Positions 25,393 through 32,000 of a stretch of DNA of 32,000 nucleotides are shown here, piece after piece; within the stretch, counting starts at the first letter, position 1, and each line of letters opens with the position of its first letter. A program made the position numbers and the translations under genes. The notes under the pieces were generated by a model that saw only the letters and a program-made list of their open reading frames with translations, was not told the origin of the DNA and did not search any database. Where the stretch lies: positions 461,931 to 493,930 of the forward strand of contig JBGQBI010000001.1 in the NCBI GenBank assembly GCA_041494705.1, read 5' to 3'. Source of the stretch: Candidatus Methanoperedens sp. GTDB taxonomy: Archaea > Halobacteriota > Methanosarcinia > Methanosarcinales > Methanoperedenaceae.

Positions 25393-25674
25393 ATGGAACA
25401 TACAGAATATTTAAGATTAATACCCATAGAAGGTAAAATAGAAATAGCGTGCCCAGCATACAAACATGAATTTAAGGTATCGGTTGAATCAATCAAACGT
25501 GGCGAGATGCACACCTGCCCTATATGCAAAAACCGTTTTCAGTTTACATATACAAGAGAATGTCTGTCTCGACTAGATTTAGCCCAAGCTGAAAGGATAA
25601 TATCTAATTGGCGAACAAAGCAAACTCTAACAGGGGCGAGCAATATCAACATGATTTTGAAGATTGATGTGTAG
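25393..25674 (+). CDS. Hypothetical small protein with a possible zinc-ribbon-like C..H / CxxC pair
   Basis: 93-aa ORF containing IACPAYKHEF and HTCPICKNRF, which could form a metal-binding knuckle pair. It is AT-rich and I recognised no family. Confidence 0.4.
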   Translation: MEHTEYLRLIPIEGKIEIACPAYKHEFKVSVESIKRGEMHTCPICKNRFQFTYTRECLSRLDLAQAERIISNWRTKQTLTGASNINMILKIDV

Positions 25675-25873
25675 AAATGTCTACATCCATTTTTTTTCGG
25701 ATGAGCTTGGTGAATCTAGGAATATAAAATGTCAAACTTTGAGAGATAAAATCATGAACGAATCAAATATTAATAAACAACAAGAAGATGCTCCGAAAAT
25801 CATACACAAACGAGGCTATCTTAAAGTAGGAGACGAGGTTTTTATAGCCAAAAAAATGACTTATGCCGCAGAA

Positions 25874-26365
25874 TTAGAACAATGTGTTGATAAAAAATAA
25901 AAGATGTCCTGCAAAAAATAACCCATATATCAAAGCAATTAAAAATAATATCATACTAATTTTCAGACATAAACTTTTATTTTTTGATATTCTTTTCCCA
26001 TCTTCTTGCCAATCTTCCATAAACATTGCAAAATTTCCTTTTGTTTTATTTATATCCGTGAAATTAATATTATCAATAACCTTATATATATCCAACAATT
26101 CTTGTTTTTGTATCCAAACAGTTCTTAATGCAAATCCTATACATGAAATCAAAATTAACGATTCATACATTAGAAACATAGATATGTTTTTTGGAAGGTT
26201 ATTAACTCCAACAAAAACGGCAACTGTTGCAGCAATAAAAATCCCTGATAAAGATATCATGTTATATGCTTTATTTTCTAAAATGAGTATAGAATTGTGT
26301 GTGCCTTCTACTCCTTTCCAAGCAACTTCTACCATAAAATCAAGAACTTTTTCGTCTATAGCCAT
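25874..26365 (-). CDS. Hypothetical small 3-TM protein with an effector-like topology
   Basis: 163 aa. An N-terminal helix ends in ILENKAYNMISLSGIFIAATVAVFV. A TM hairpin, a ~55-aa soluble segment and a C-terminal TM (ISMILFLIALIYGLFFAGHLLF) follow. Its 3' end converges with and overlaps a weak + strand ORF (25664-25900). Confidence 0.5.
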   Translation of the reverse strand: MAIDEKVLDFMVEVAWKGVEGTHNSILILENKAYNMISLSGIFIAATVAVFVGVNNLPKNISMFLMYESLILISCIGFALRTVWIQKQELLDIYKVIDNINFTDINKTKGNFAMFMEDWQEDGKRISKNKSLCLKISMILFLIALIYGLFFAGHLLFFINTLF

Positions 26366-26628
26366 AATTATTTCACCTTCGTATATGTCATAAATAACCT
26401 CATAACCATTATATTATTGTTTTTCGTGCCCACATCTTACCCTCAACCTCATGCATCGGCGCCGGGATGCCTCGTTTTTCAAAGCGGAGTATCGAGGTCA
26501 CATTTAGAGAAATTTGAAACAAAGGAAAATCTCTAAGATATTAAATTAAAAATTTATGCTTTATAATATTCTTAAAAAAAACAAATCAATTTTACTTGAT
26601 TTAAAATCAATTTTTCTGATTGAACATA

Positions 26629-26638
26629 TTTAAATATA
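26629..26638 (+). promoter_or_regulatory. TATA-box-like element upstream of thiC
   Basis: 'tttaaatata' lies 32-41 nt upstream of the thiC ATG at 26670. This fits an archaeal promoter with a very short leader. Confidence 0.4.
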
Positions 26639-26669
26639 AGCGCCACATTTCGAAAGACCGGTAATTCTT

Positions 26670-27950
26670 ATGAGTCTAATCACTGAAGCAAAAAAAGGCA
26701 GCATTACAAAAGAGATGAAACAGGTAGCGAAAGAAGAGGGCGTTGAACCCGAATTCGTGCGGCGCGGGATAGCAAATGGAAGAATAGTCATCCCGGTGAG
26801 CCCGTATCGCTCCCCAAAACCCTGCGGCATCGGAAAAGGGCTTCGGACTAAAGTGAACGCCTCTATCGGTACATCCTCGGATATAGTGGATATCGAAATG
26901 GAAATCGAGAAAGCAAAGGTTGCGGAAGCCACAGGCGCAGACACGCTCATGGAACTTTCAACAGGCGGGGATTTTTATGAAATCAGGAGAAAAGTCATTG
27001 AAGCGACAACACTTTCAGTGGGAAGCGTGCCTCTATACCAGGCTTTTATTGAGGCTATCAGGAAATACGGAAGCACAGTGGACATGAAAGAGGACGAACT
27101 TTTCAAGATAACAGCGGAGCAGGCAAAGCTTGGCACAAATTTCATGGCTATCCATACCGGAATAAATCTCTTTACGGTTGAGAGGCTAAAAAGACAGGGG
27201 CGCTTTGGCGGGCTTTGCTCGCGCGGCGGTGCGTTCATGACGGCGTGGATGCTGCATAATGAGAAAGAGAACCCGCTGTACAGCGAATTCGATTACCTGC
27301 TTGAGATAATGAATGAACATGAGGTGACTCTCAGCATGGGCAACGGGATGCGCGCCGGCGCCATACACGACTCCACAGACAGGGCTCAGATACAGGAACT
27401 CATAATGAACTCGGAGCTATCAGATAGGGCGCACGAAGCAGGCGTGCAGACAATCGTTGAAGGTCCGGGTCACATCCCGATAGACGAAATAGATGCAAAC
27501 GTAAAACTCATGAAGCGCTTAAGTGGTGAGAAGCCGTTCTATATGCTCGGGCCGCTTGTCACCGATATCGCACCCGGTTACGACCACATAGTAGCGGCAA
27601 TCGGCGCATCCCTTTCAAGCGCAGCCGGCGCCGATTTCATCTGCTATGTAACTCCAGCGGAACATCTTGCGCTTCCTAACATCGATGACGTGAAGCAGGG
27701 TGTGATAACCGCGAGGATTGCTGCGCATATCGGTGATATGGTGAAGAACAATGACCGTCAGCAAGACCTTGACATGGGGCGGGCGAGGCGCGATTTGCAG
27801 TGGGACAGGATGTATGAGCTGGCGATTGACCCCAAACATGCAAAATCAGTAAGGGACAGCCGTTCGCCTGATGATAAGGAAGCATGTACAATGTGCGGGA
27901 ATTACTGCGCCCTGAAGATTGTGAAGCAGAATTTTAATTTTGAGAAGTGA
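26670..27950 (+). CDS. thiC: Phosphomethylpyrimidine synthase ThiC
   Basis: 426 aa. ThiC-typical blocks are [31 protein letters not shown]-like CSRGGAF, EGPGHIP and [15 protein letters not shown]. There is a C-terminal Cys cluster, CTMCGNYC. Confidence 0.95.
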   Translation: MSLITEAKKGSITKEMKQVAKEEGVEPEFVRRGIANGRIVIPVSPYRSPKPCGIGKGLRTKVNASIGTSSDIVDIEMEIEKAKVAEATGADTLMELSTGGDFYEIRRKVIEATTLSVGSVPLYQAFIEAIRKYGSTVDMKEDELFKITAEQAKLGTNFMAIHTGINLFTVERLKRQGRFGGLCSRGGAFMTAWMLHNEKENPLYSEFDYLLEIMNEHEVTLSMGNGMRAGAIHDSTDRAQIQELIMNSELSDRAHEAGVQTIVEGPGHIPIDEIDANVKLMKRLSGEKPFYMLGPLVTDIAPGYDHIVAAIGASLSSAAGADFICYVTPAEHLALPNIDDVKQGVITARIAAHIGDMVKNNDRQQDLDMGRARRDLQWDRMYELAIDPKHAKSVRDSRSPDDKEACTMCGNYCALKIVKQNFNFEK

Positions 27951-27976
27951 TGAATAGATAAAAACTAAGTCAATGA

Positions 27977-27997
27977 CCCCGTTTTCGAAAAACGGGG
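27977..27997 (+). terminator. GC-clamped hairpin downstream of thiC
   Basis: In 'ccccgtttt cga aaaacgggg' the arm ccccgtttt pairs perfectly with aaaacgggg over 9 bp. It lies 27 nt after the thiC stop and contains a T4 run. Confidence 0.4.
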
Positions 27998-28089
27998 CAT
28001 TCCGGTGTGGGTGCATGTGGCTTTTATCGATTATTCGTTGCTTTGGCCTTTTGGGTGGGGGGCACAGAATAAGTCTTCATGTAAAATGA

Positions 28090-28374
28090 TTACAATTCAA
28101 ACTCTTCAATAAAACCCAAAATTAATTTGTATTTTTCGAGATATTTGAATCCTTTATCAGTCAATGTAAGGAACTTCCTTCCATTTTCGTCAGTAATCTC
28201 TTTGATAAAACCCTTTTCCAGTAATTCATTAAAGTATTCTGAAAAACTTTGTGATGATAGATTTGAATGTCTCAGCAAAGGTGTAGGTTTCACGGAATTA
28301 TGATGATTTCTGATAATATTCAAAATATCAAATATCATCTCCAGGCGATCTCTTTTGCGCTTTATGTTGTCCAT
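28090..28374 (-). CDS. Winged-helix DNA-binding protein (archaeal HTH_45-like)
   Basis: 94 aa. RDRLEMIFDILNII...LLRHSNLSSQSFSEYFNELLEKGFIKEITDENGRKFLTLTDKGFKYLEKY matches the small archaeal wHTH family layout. Confidence 0.75.
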   Translation of the reverse strand: MDNIKRKRDRLEMIFDILNIIRNHHNSVKPTPLLRHSNLSSQSFSEYFNELLEKGFIKEITDENGRKFLTLTDKGFKYLEKYKLILGFIEEFEL

Positions 28375-29090
28375 TTGGCCACCTTATAATAGATTATTCC
28401 AATCACTGCAATCGATATGATCTGGAATGCAGTTTGTATTTCAAAAGGAAGAAATCTTTGTGGACCTAATGGTAACAGATTGATTATCCAGAACAAGAGA
28501 AACAAAACATATAAAATAAAAAGCTGAGAGAGTTCTCTTGATTGTATATAGAAATAGCAAGCCATTATTATTGTAAAAATGAGTAATGCTGCCTGTGCTA
28601 ATATCAGAAGAAATGGTGACCTTGAAATAAATGCAATGCCGGATATTAGAACGGCAATTGCATTAAATAACAATAATATGTGTTTGATATGTAGTTTCTT
28701 CCAAACTATGCTATACGTCAATGAAAGAATAGCTAATGTGCTAAAGTATCCATTAATAACCAGAGGAAAAGGGAAAATTCTGAAAATGTCCATAAATAAA
28801 TGAGTATCAAATGTTAGTGACACCAACATGGATAAAAAGTCCAGAAATCTAAAAATATATGCTAATCCGAAAAATAAAAAAGTTATCCTAAAATAATTTA
28901 TTCCTTCATGCTTGGTTAGATCATATATCTCTCTTGTTTTAAAATATATCATAAAGCAGAGAAATACAATTATTAGCGTGTAGCCAAGTTCCACAGCCAG
29001 TCCTGTAGGGTCGATTAGATGAAGTGGAGGTGGCATATGTACTATGTCTTCTCTAAACATTAATAAAATAAGTGGACTTGAAATGCACAT
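28362..29090 (-). CDS. Hypothetical polytopic membrane protein (about 7 TM), co-transcribed with the wHTH gene
   Basis: 242-aa ORF that is hydrophobic throughout. Its 3' end overlaps the wHTH start by 13 nt. The likely start is the internal MPPPLHL at 29036. I recognised no family. Confidence 0.55.
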   Translation of the reverse strand: MCISSPLILLMFREDIVHMPPPLHLIDPTGLAVELGYTLIIVFLCFMIYFKTREIYDLTKHEGINYFRITFLFFGLAYIFRFLDFLSMLVSLTFDTHLFMDIFRIFPFPLVINGYFSTLAILSLTYSIVWKKLHIKHILLLFNAIAVLISGIAFISRSPFLLILAQAALLIFTIIMACYFYIQSRELSQLFILYVLFLLFWIINLLPLGPQRFLPFEIQTAFQIISIAVIGIIYYKVAKWTT

Positions 29091-29164
29091 TTGAAATGTA
29101 CATTTTGCCTTCTTTTTTCTTATAAATGGGTTCTGATAATATAGTGTTTTGAGGTGAACTAAAA

Positions 29165-29773
29165 ATGAGACTAACTACGAAAACAGCAATACTGTTTGCT
29201 GCTATTATGCTGGTTTCAGCAGTAACAGCAATAACCGTGTTTGCCCAGCCCTCATCTCCGGGCCATAGTAAAGGACCTTTAAGACCGTTTTTTGATAATA
29301 TGTCCAAATCGACTGAAGGTCGAAATGAAAGTGGAGAAGTAGTACAAGTAAGACCGTTTGTTGAGCCTATACTCAATGGACAAGGGTATGCACTGCAGGG
29401 AAATCAGTATCACATCCTGGACGTGAATGCTATAAAGGCGAGCGACGATGCGCAAATGGCAACCAGGACCGTGGGGCATCTCAGATTTGCAGGTCAGGCA
29501 TATGCCCTCAATGTAACTGGCTATGATAACCAATCTCTTACCGGAGATGTACTGACGCTGCCTCCGCTTGGGACGAATCAGACCGACTTCACTCCGGCTG
29601 CAATAGGACACATCTCGCTTTCAATATCAAAATATGAAGGCGAAGTGCTCTCGACAGGTACTCTAACCATGAACGGTGTGGATTACAAAGTGCTTCTGAC
29701 GTCTCCTGCTATAGCTTCAGGTGGCGAACAGCACAACTTCAATGGAACGTTCGGACCAAACAACCATCAATGA
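29165..29773 (+). CDS. Hypothetical secreted protein
   Basis: 202 aa with a clear signal peptide (TAILFAAIMLVSAVTAITVFAQP). The mature part is beta-rich with NxS/T sequons. I recognised no family. Confidence 0.55.
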   Translation: MRLTTKTAILFAAIMLVSAVTAITVFAQPSSPGHSKGPLRPFFDNMSKSTEGRNESGEVVQVRPFVEPILNGQGYALQGNQYHILDVNAIKASDDAQMATRTVGHLRFAGQAYALNVTGYDNQSLTGDVLTLPPLGTNQTDFTPAAIGHISLSISKYEGEVLSTGTLTMNGVDYKVLLTSPAIASGGEQHNFNGTFGPNNHQ

Positions 29774-29866
29774 AACACAGAAAATGTGAGAAAAGATATA
29801 TTGGATCCCCAGCAGGGGATTCATTTTATTTATTCCCCTTGGCACGAAATGATAACGGGTGTGTAT

Positions 29867-30107
29867 AAAAATGAAATAATAAACGTAATAAAAGATTACA
29901 TAAAGAGGAAGTCCAGTGTTTAATTAAAGCGTACGTATCCTTTAAAACCATCGCTTCCCTGGACTTCCATTACTTCTAATAAATGAAATAATAAACGTAA
30001 TAAAAAATTAAAAGATTACATAAAGAGGAAGTCCAGTGTTTAATTAAAGAATTTTTGTACCCATCCAAACCACCTAAAACCTCTCTGGACTTCCATTACT
30101 TCTAATA
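29867..30107. repeat. Tandem duplicated AT-rich element (units of about 112 and 125 bp). Each unit has a 10-bp inverted repeat (ggaagtccag / ctggacttcc) around a variable core
   Basis: The conserved left part is aatgaaataataaacgtaataaaa..gattacataaagaggaagtccagtgtttaattaaag, at 29870-29929 and 29982-30049. Copy 2 carries an 8-bp insertion, 'aattaaaa'. The variable cores are 29 bp and 35 bp. The conserved right part, ctggacttccattacttctaata, is at 29959-29981 and 30085-30107. Confidence 0.8.
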
Positions 30108-30195
30108 TACGGCAATAGAACGGATTGGAGAGAATGATAATAGGAATTTCGACACGAATTATAACGATGCGAAAAAGAGAACAAGGAGAAACAAA

Positions 30196-30714
30196 ATGAA
30201 CAGGAAAACGATAGTTGTATTACTTTTGTTAACATTAGTAATTCTTGTAGGGACACCGGAGTCTTTTGCACAGCCCCAATATCTTACAAATCTCACCGCA
30301 GTTTATGGCGGCGGTACATGCGGCACCTGCCATGTCATATCTTCGAGCGGTGAACCGCGCGACTTTAATCGAACATTCGGACAGCACGATTCTAATGGAA
30401 CTTATGTACCACGCAACAACAGCACACCCGGGCAACGCTCTAACGGAATGTTCGGAATGCGTAACTCAAACAGAACGTTACCGCTCAACTCGTACGGAAC
30501 GTTATTTGAGAACCAGCCTGACCACGCTACCGATCCCGGTGCAGCCCTGATAACAATAGGACAGCCGCCCACAGAAACTCCAGCCGAAAAAGCAACCCCG
30601 GCAGAGACAACTGCGCCGGACACAGGGGCTCAAGCAGCTCCTGGGTTCGGATTTGCTGTCGCATTAGTCGGATTAGTTGCTTGCGTTCTTCTGGCAAGGC
30701 GGCATAACAAATGA
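30196..30714 (+). CDS. Small monoheme c-type cytochrome with a PGF-CTERM archaeosortase sorting signal
   Basis: The signal peptide is IVVLLLLTLVILVGTPESFAQP. There is a single CGTCH at 30319-30333. A Thr/Pro/Ala-rich linker (PPTETPAEKATPAETTAPDTG) precedes the C-terminal PGFGFAVALVGLVACVLLARRHNK, which has the PGF motif, a TM segment and a basic tail. A GGAG sequence lies 8 nt upstream of the ATG. Confidence 0.85.
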   Translation: MNRKTIVVLLLLTLVILVGTPESFAQPQYLTNLTAVYGGGTCGTCHVISSSGEPRDFNRTFGQHDSNGTYVPRNNSTPGQRSNGMFGMRNSNRTLPLNSYGTLFENQPDHATDPGAALITIGQPPTETPAEKATPAETTAPDTGAQAAPGFGFAVALVGLVACVLLARRHNK

Positions 30715-31391
30715 TGGAAACTATAATGGAAATGCAGAATGTCTGGAAAATTTACAGGATGGGTGAGTTGGAAGTTCAGGCACTTCAGGGAGTAGATCTA
30801 AAAATTGGAACAGGTGAGTTCGTTGCTATTACAGGACCCAGTGGGTGCGGCAAGTCAACGATGTTAAATATGATAGGCTGTCTGGACTTGCCAACGCGCG
30901 GAAAAGTTTTGCTTGAAGGCAGGGACATATCAGAATTTAAAAGTGATGAACTGGCCCGTATACGGGGTAAAAAGATCGGATTCATATTCCAGACATTTAA
31001 CCTGTATCCTACCCTGACCGCTCTTGAGAATATCCGGCTGCCCATGAGGATTCACGAAATCCCGGAAAAAGAGATAGAAGATTCCTCAAAAAAACTTCTT
31101 GAAATGGTTGGTTTATCTGAACGTGGGAGCCATTTTCCGGCGCAGTTGTCAGGCGGACAGCAGCAGAGGGTGGCGGTAGCAAGGGCACTTTCGACCGCTC
31201 CTTCTATTCTCATGGCAGATGAGCCTACAGGAAATCTTGATACAAAAGCAGGAGGCGAAGTAATGGATGTTTTTAAACGATTGAACAATGAGGGTTTGAC
31301 TATTGCAATGATAACGCATGACATGAAAATTGCAGGTTCAGCAGGAAGAGTTGTGAAAATGCTTGATGGAAAATTAACAGGTGAAACATGA
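30711..31391 (+). CDS. ABC transporter ATP-binding protein, MacB/LolD (COG1136) type
   Basis: It has Walker A GPSGCGKST, the signature LSGGQQQRVAVARAL and Walker B ILMADEPTGNLD. Its start overlaps the cytochrome stop in an ATGA at 30711-30714. Confidence 0.92.
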   Translation: MMETIMEMQNVWKIYRMGELEVQALQGVDLKIGTGEFVAITGPSGCGKSTMLNMIGCLDLPTRGKVLLEGRDISEFKSDELARIRGKKIGFIFQTFNLYPTLTALENIRLPMRIHEIPEKEIEDSSKKLLEMVGLSERGSHFPAQLSGGQQQRVAVARALSTAPSILMADEPTGNLDTKAGGEVMDVFKRLNNEGLTIAMITHDMKIAGSAGRVVKMLDGKLTGET

Positions 31392-32000
31392 ATAAATTCA
31401 ATTTAATTTTGATAATCGTATCTGCGGTGTTATATACACAGGTTGCTTCCGCACAATCGTATCTCGTGACAGAAAGCGTGCCGATTTATCCCGGAGATAC
31501 GACTTATGTCTATGTACCGATACAGAATACTGCATTTCCTAATGGATATCTGAATGACGTATCAGTCAGACTTCTGCCCAAAGACAATGCCTCGGCTAAT
31601 GCAGTGACTATACTTGATGATGTATATTCGCTGGGAACTATAGAGAATTGGGGCGATCAGAGAACCGCAAAATTCAAAATCCATATAAATCCCGATGCAG
31701 CAGAAGGTGATTATTATTTCAATGTATTTATTGACTACAGGGGGCAGCAGATAAGCAGCAATACTCCAGCGCCTATAGTGACAACCGAGCTCAAGGATCA
31801 GATATTAACCATTAAAGGCAAGCCTGTGATAGTGCTGCTCAATTCAACACTTGGCATCATAGAGCCGATGAGTGTTAATAAGGAAACGCTAAAGTTTAAA
31901 AATACAGGCACAGGCACAGTACAGAACGCCGTAGCTGAAATAGACCTTACCGGCACCGGGGGAAGCAGCAAATCATCCTTTTCAATTCTTGGCGCAGGAA
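31388..32000 (+). CDS. Secreted CARDB/COG1361-like beta-sandwich repeat protein (partial; runs off the right window edge)
   Basis: Not in the ORF track because it is edge-truncated. My translation reads MNKFNLILIIVSAVLYTQVASAQSYLVTESVPIYPGDTTYVYVPIQNTAF...AAEGDYYFNVFIDYRGQ...KFKNTGTGTVQNAVAEIDL, which is typical of CARDB/DUF11-like domains. Its ATG overlaps the ABC ATPase stop in an ATGA at 31388-31391. Confidence 0.7.
   Translation, partial: MNKFNLILIIVSAVLYTQVASAQSYLVTESVPIYPGDTTYVYVPIQNTAFPNGYLNDVSVRLLPKDNASANAVTILDDVYSLGTIENWGDQRTAKFKIHINPDAAEGDYYFNVFIDYRGQQISSNTPAPIVTTELKDQILTIKGKPVIVLLNSTLGIIEPMSVNKETLKFKNTGTGTVQNAVAEIDLTGTGGSSKSSFSILGAG

Noticed and set aside
25664-25900. 78-aa + strand ORF (MMCRNVYIHFF...) as a confident gene
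   Set aside because: Its first ~30 codons overlap the end of the preceding ORF region and look non-proteinaceous. Only the C-terminal ~48 aa, from MNESNINKQQ at about 25754, look plausible. It also overlaps the convergent 163-aa gene. It is too weak to list as a feature.
23900-26600. Calling the AT-rich islet an integrated mobile element or provirus
   Set aside because: I could see no integrase, transposase, tRNA target or convincing flanking direct repeats. The only shared sequence is a 9-mer, 'tcatgcatc', near 23904 and 26450, which is too short to be meaningful. I kept it as a compositional and orphan-gene observation only.
26540-26669. Possible TPP riboswitch in the thiC leader
   Set aside because: The space between the TATA-like box and the ATG is only about 30 nt. 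I could not find the conserved CUGAGA / ACCUGAUCUGGAUAAUGCCAGCG-type elements on either strand. A covariance-model scan would be needed for certainty.
29867-30107. Interpretation of the tandem element as a mini-CRISPR array (conserved repeats flanking 29- and 35-bp unique 'spacers')
   Set aside because: There would be only one full ~90-bp 'repeat' plus two partial ones. That repeat length is far beyond the CRISPR norm of about 23-47 bp. No cas genes or leader are nearby, and the unique cores are enclosed by an inverted rather than a direct short repeat.

Overview
This window looks like an archaeal chromosome. The supporting features are PGF-CTERM and PGF-pre-PGF surface-protein signatures, an archaeal/eukaryotic-type GlyRS, an HTH_45-type regulator and TATA-like AT boxes. 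I infer a Methanosarcinales / ANME-2d 'Methanoperedens'-like or similar metal-respiring euryarchaeon; I could not run a search to confirm this.

Left half (1-15.6 kb): a c-type cytochrome island. It holds three very large secreted or anchored multiheme cytochromes. (1) A partial gene running off the left edge, absent from the ORF track, with 14 CxxCH motifs. (2) An FG-GAP propeller / Ig-repeat / heptaheme chimera. (3) A 1697-aa protein with 26 CxxCH plus 4 non-standard motifs. Between them sit System II cytochrome c maturation genes (ccsB/resB-ccsA), a membrane-anchored CxxC thioredoxin-like protein and a B12-binding radical SAM enzyme.

Middle (15.7-23.9 kb): an internally deleted aminotransferase remnant and a translationally coupled marC / DHPS-like / CofH-MqnC-family radical SAM operon. 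These are followed by hypB, a rubrerythrin-flavodoxin-QueG-like operon and glycyl-tRNA synthetase.

Right part: a visibly AT-rich orphan islet of small membrane and zinc-ribbon-like ORFs (23.9-26.4 kb). Then come thiC, a wHTH regulator plus polytopic membrane protein, a secreted orphan protein and a tandem ~112-125 bp hairpin-containing element. The window ends with an operon in which a monoheme PGF-CTERM cytochrome c is start/stop-overlapped with a MacB/LolD-type ABC ATPase and a CARDB-like secreted protein (truncated at the right edge).

No rRNA, tRNA, CRISPR array, transposase or integrase was found. The strongest candidate for an undescribed system is the cytochrome island, read as a putative extracellular electron-transfer machine with unusual architectures and non-canonical heme motifs. 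The second is the small cytochrome-ABC operon with its upstream repeat element.
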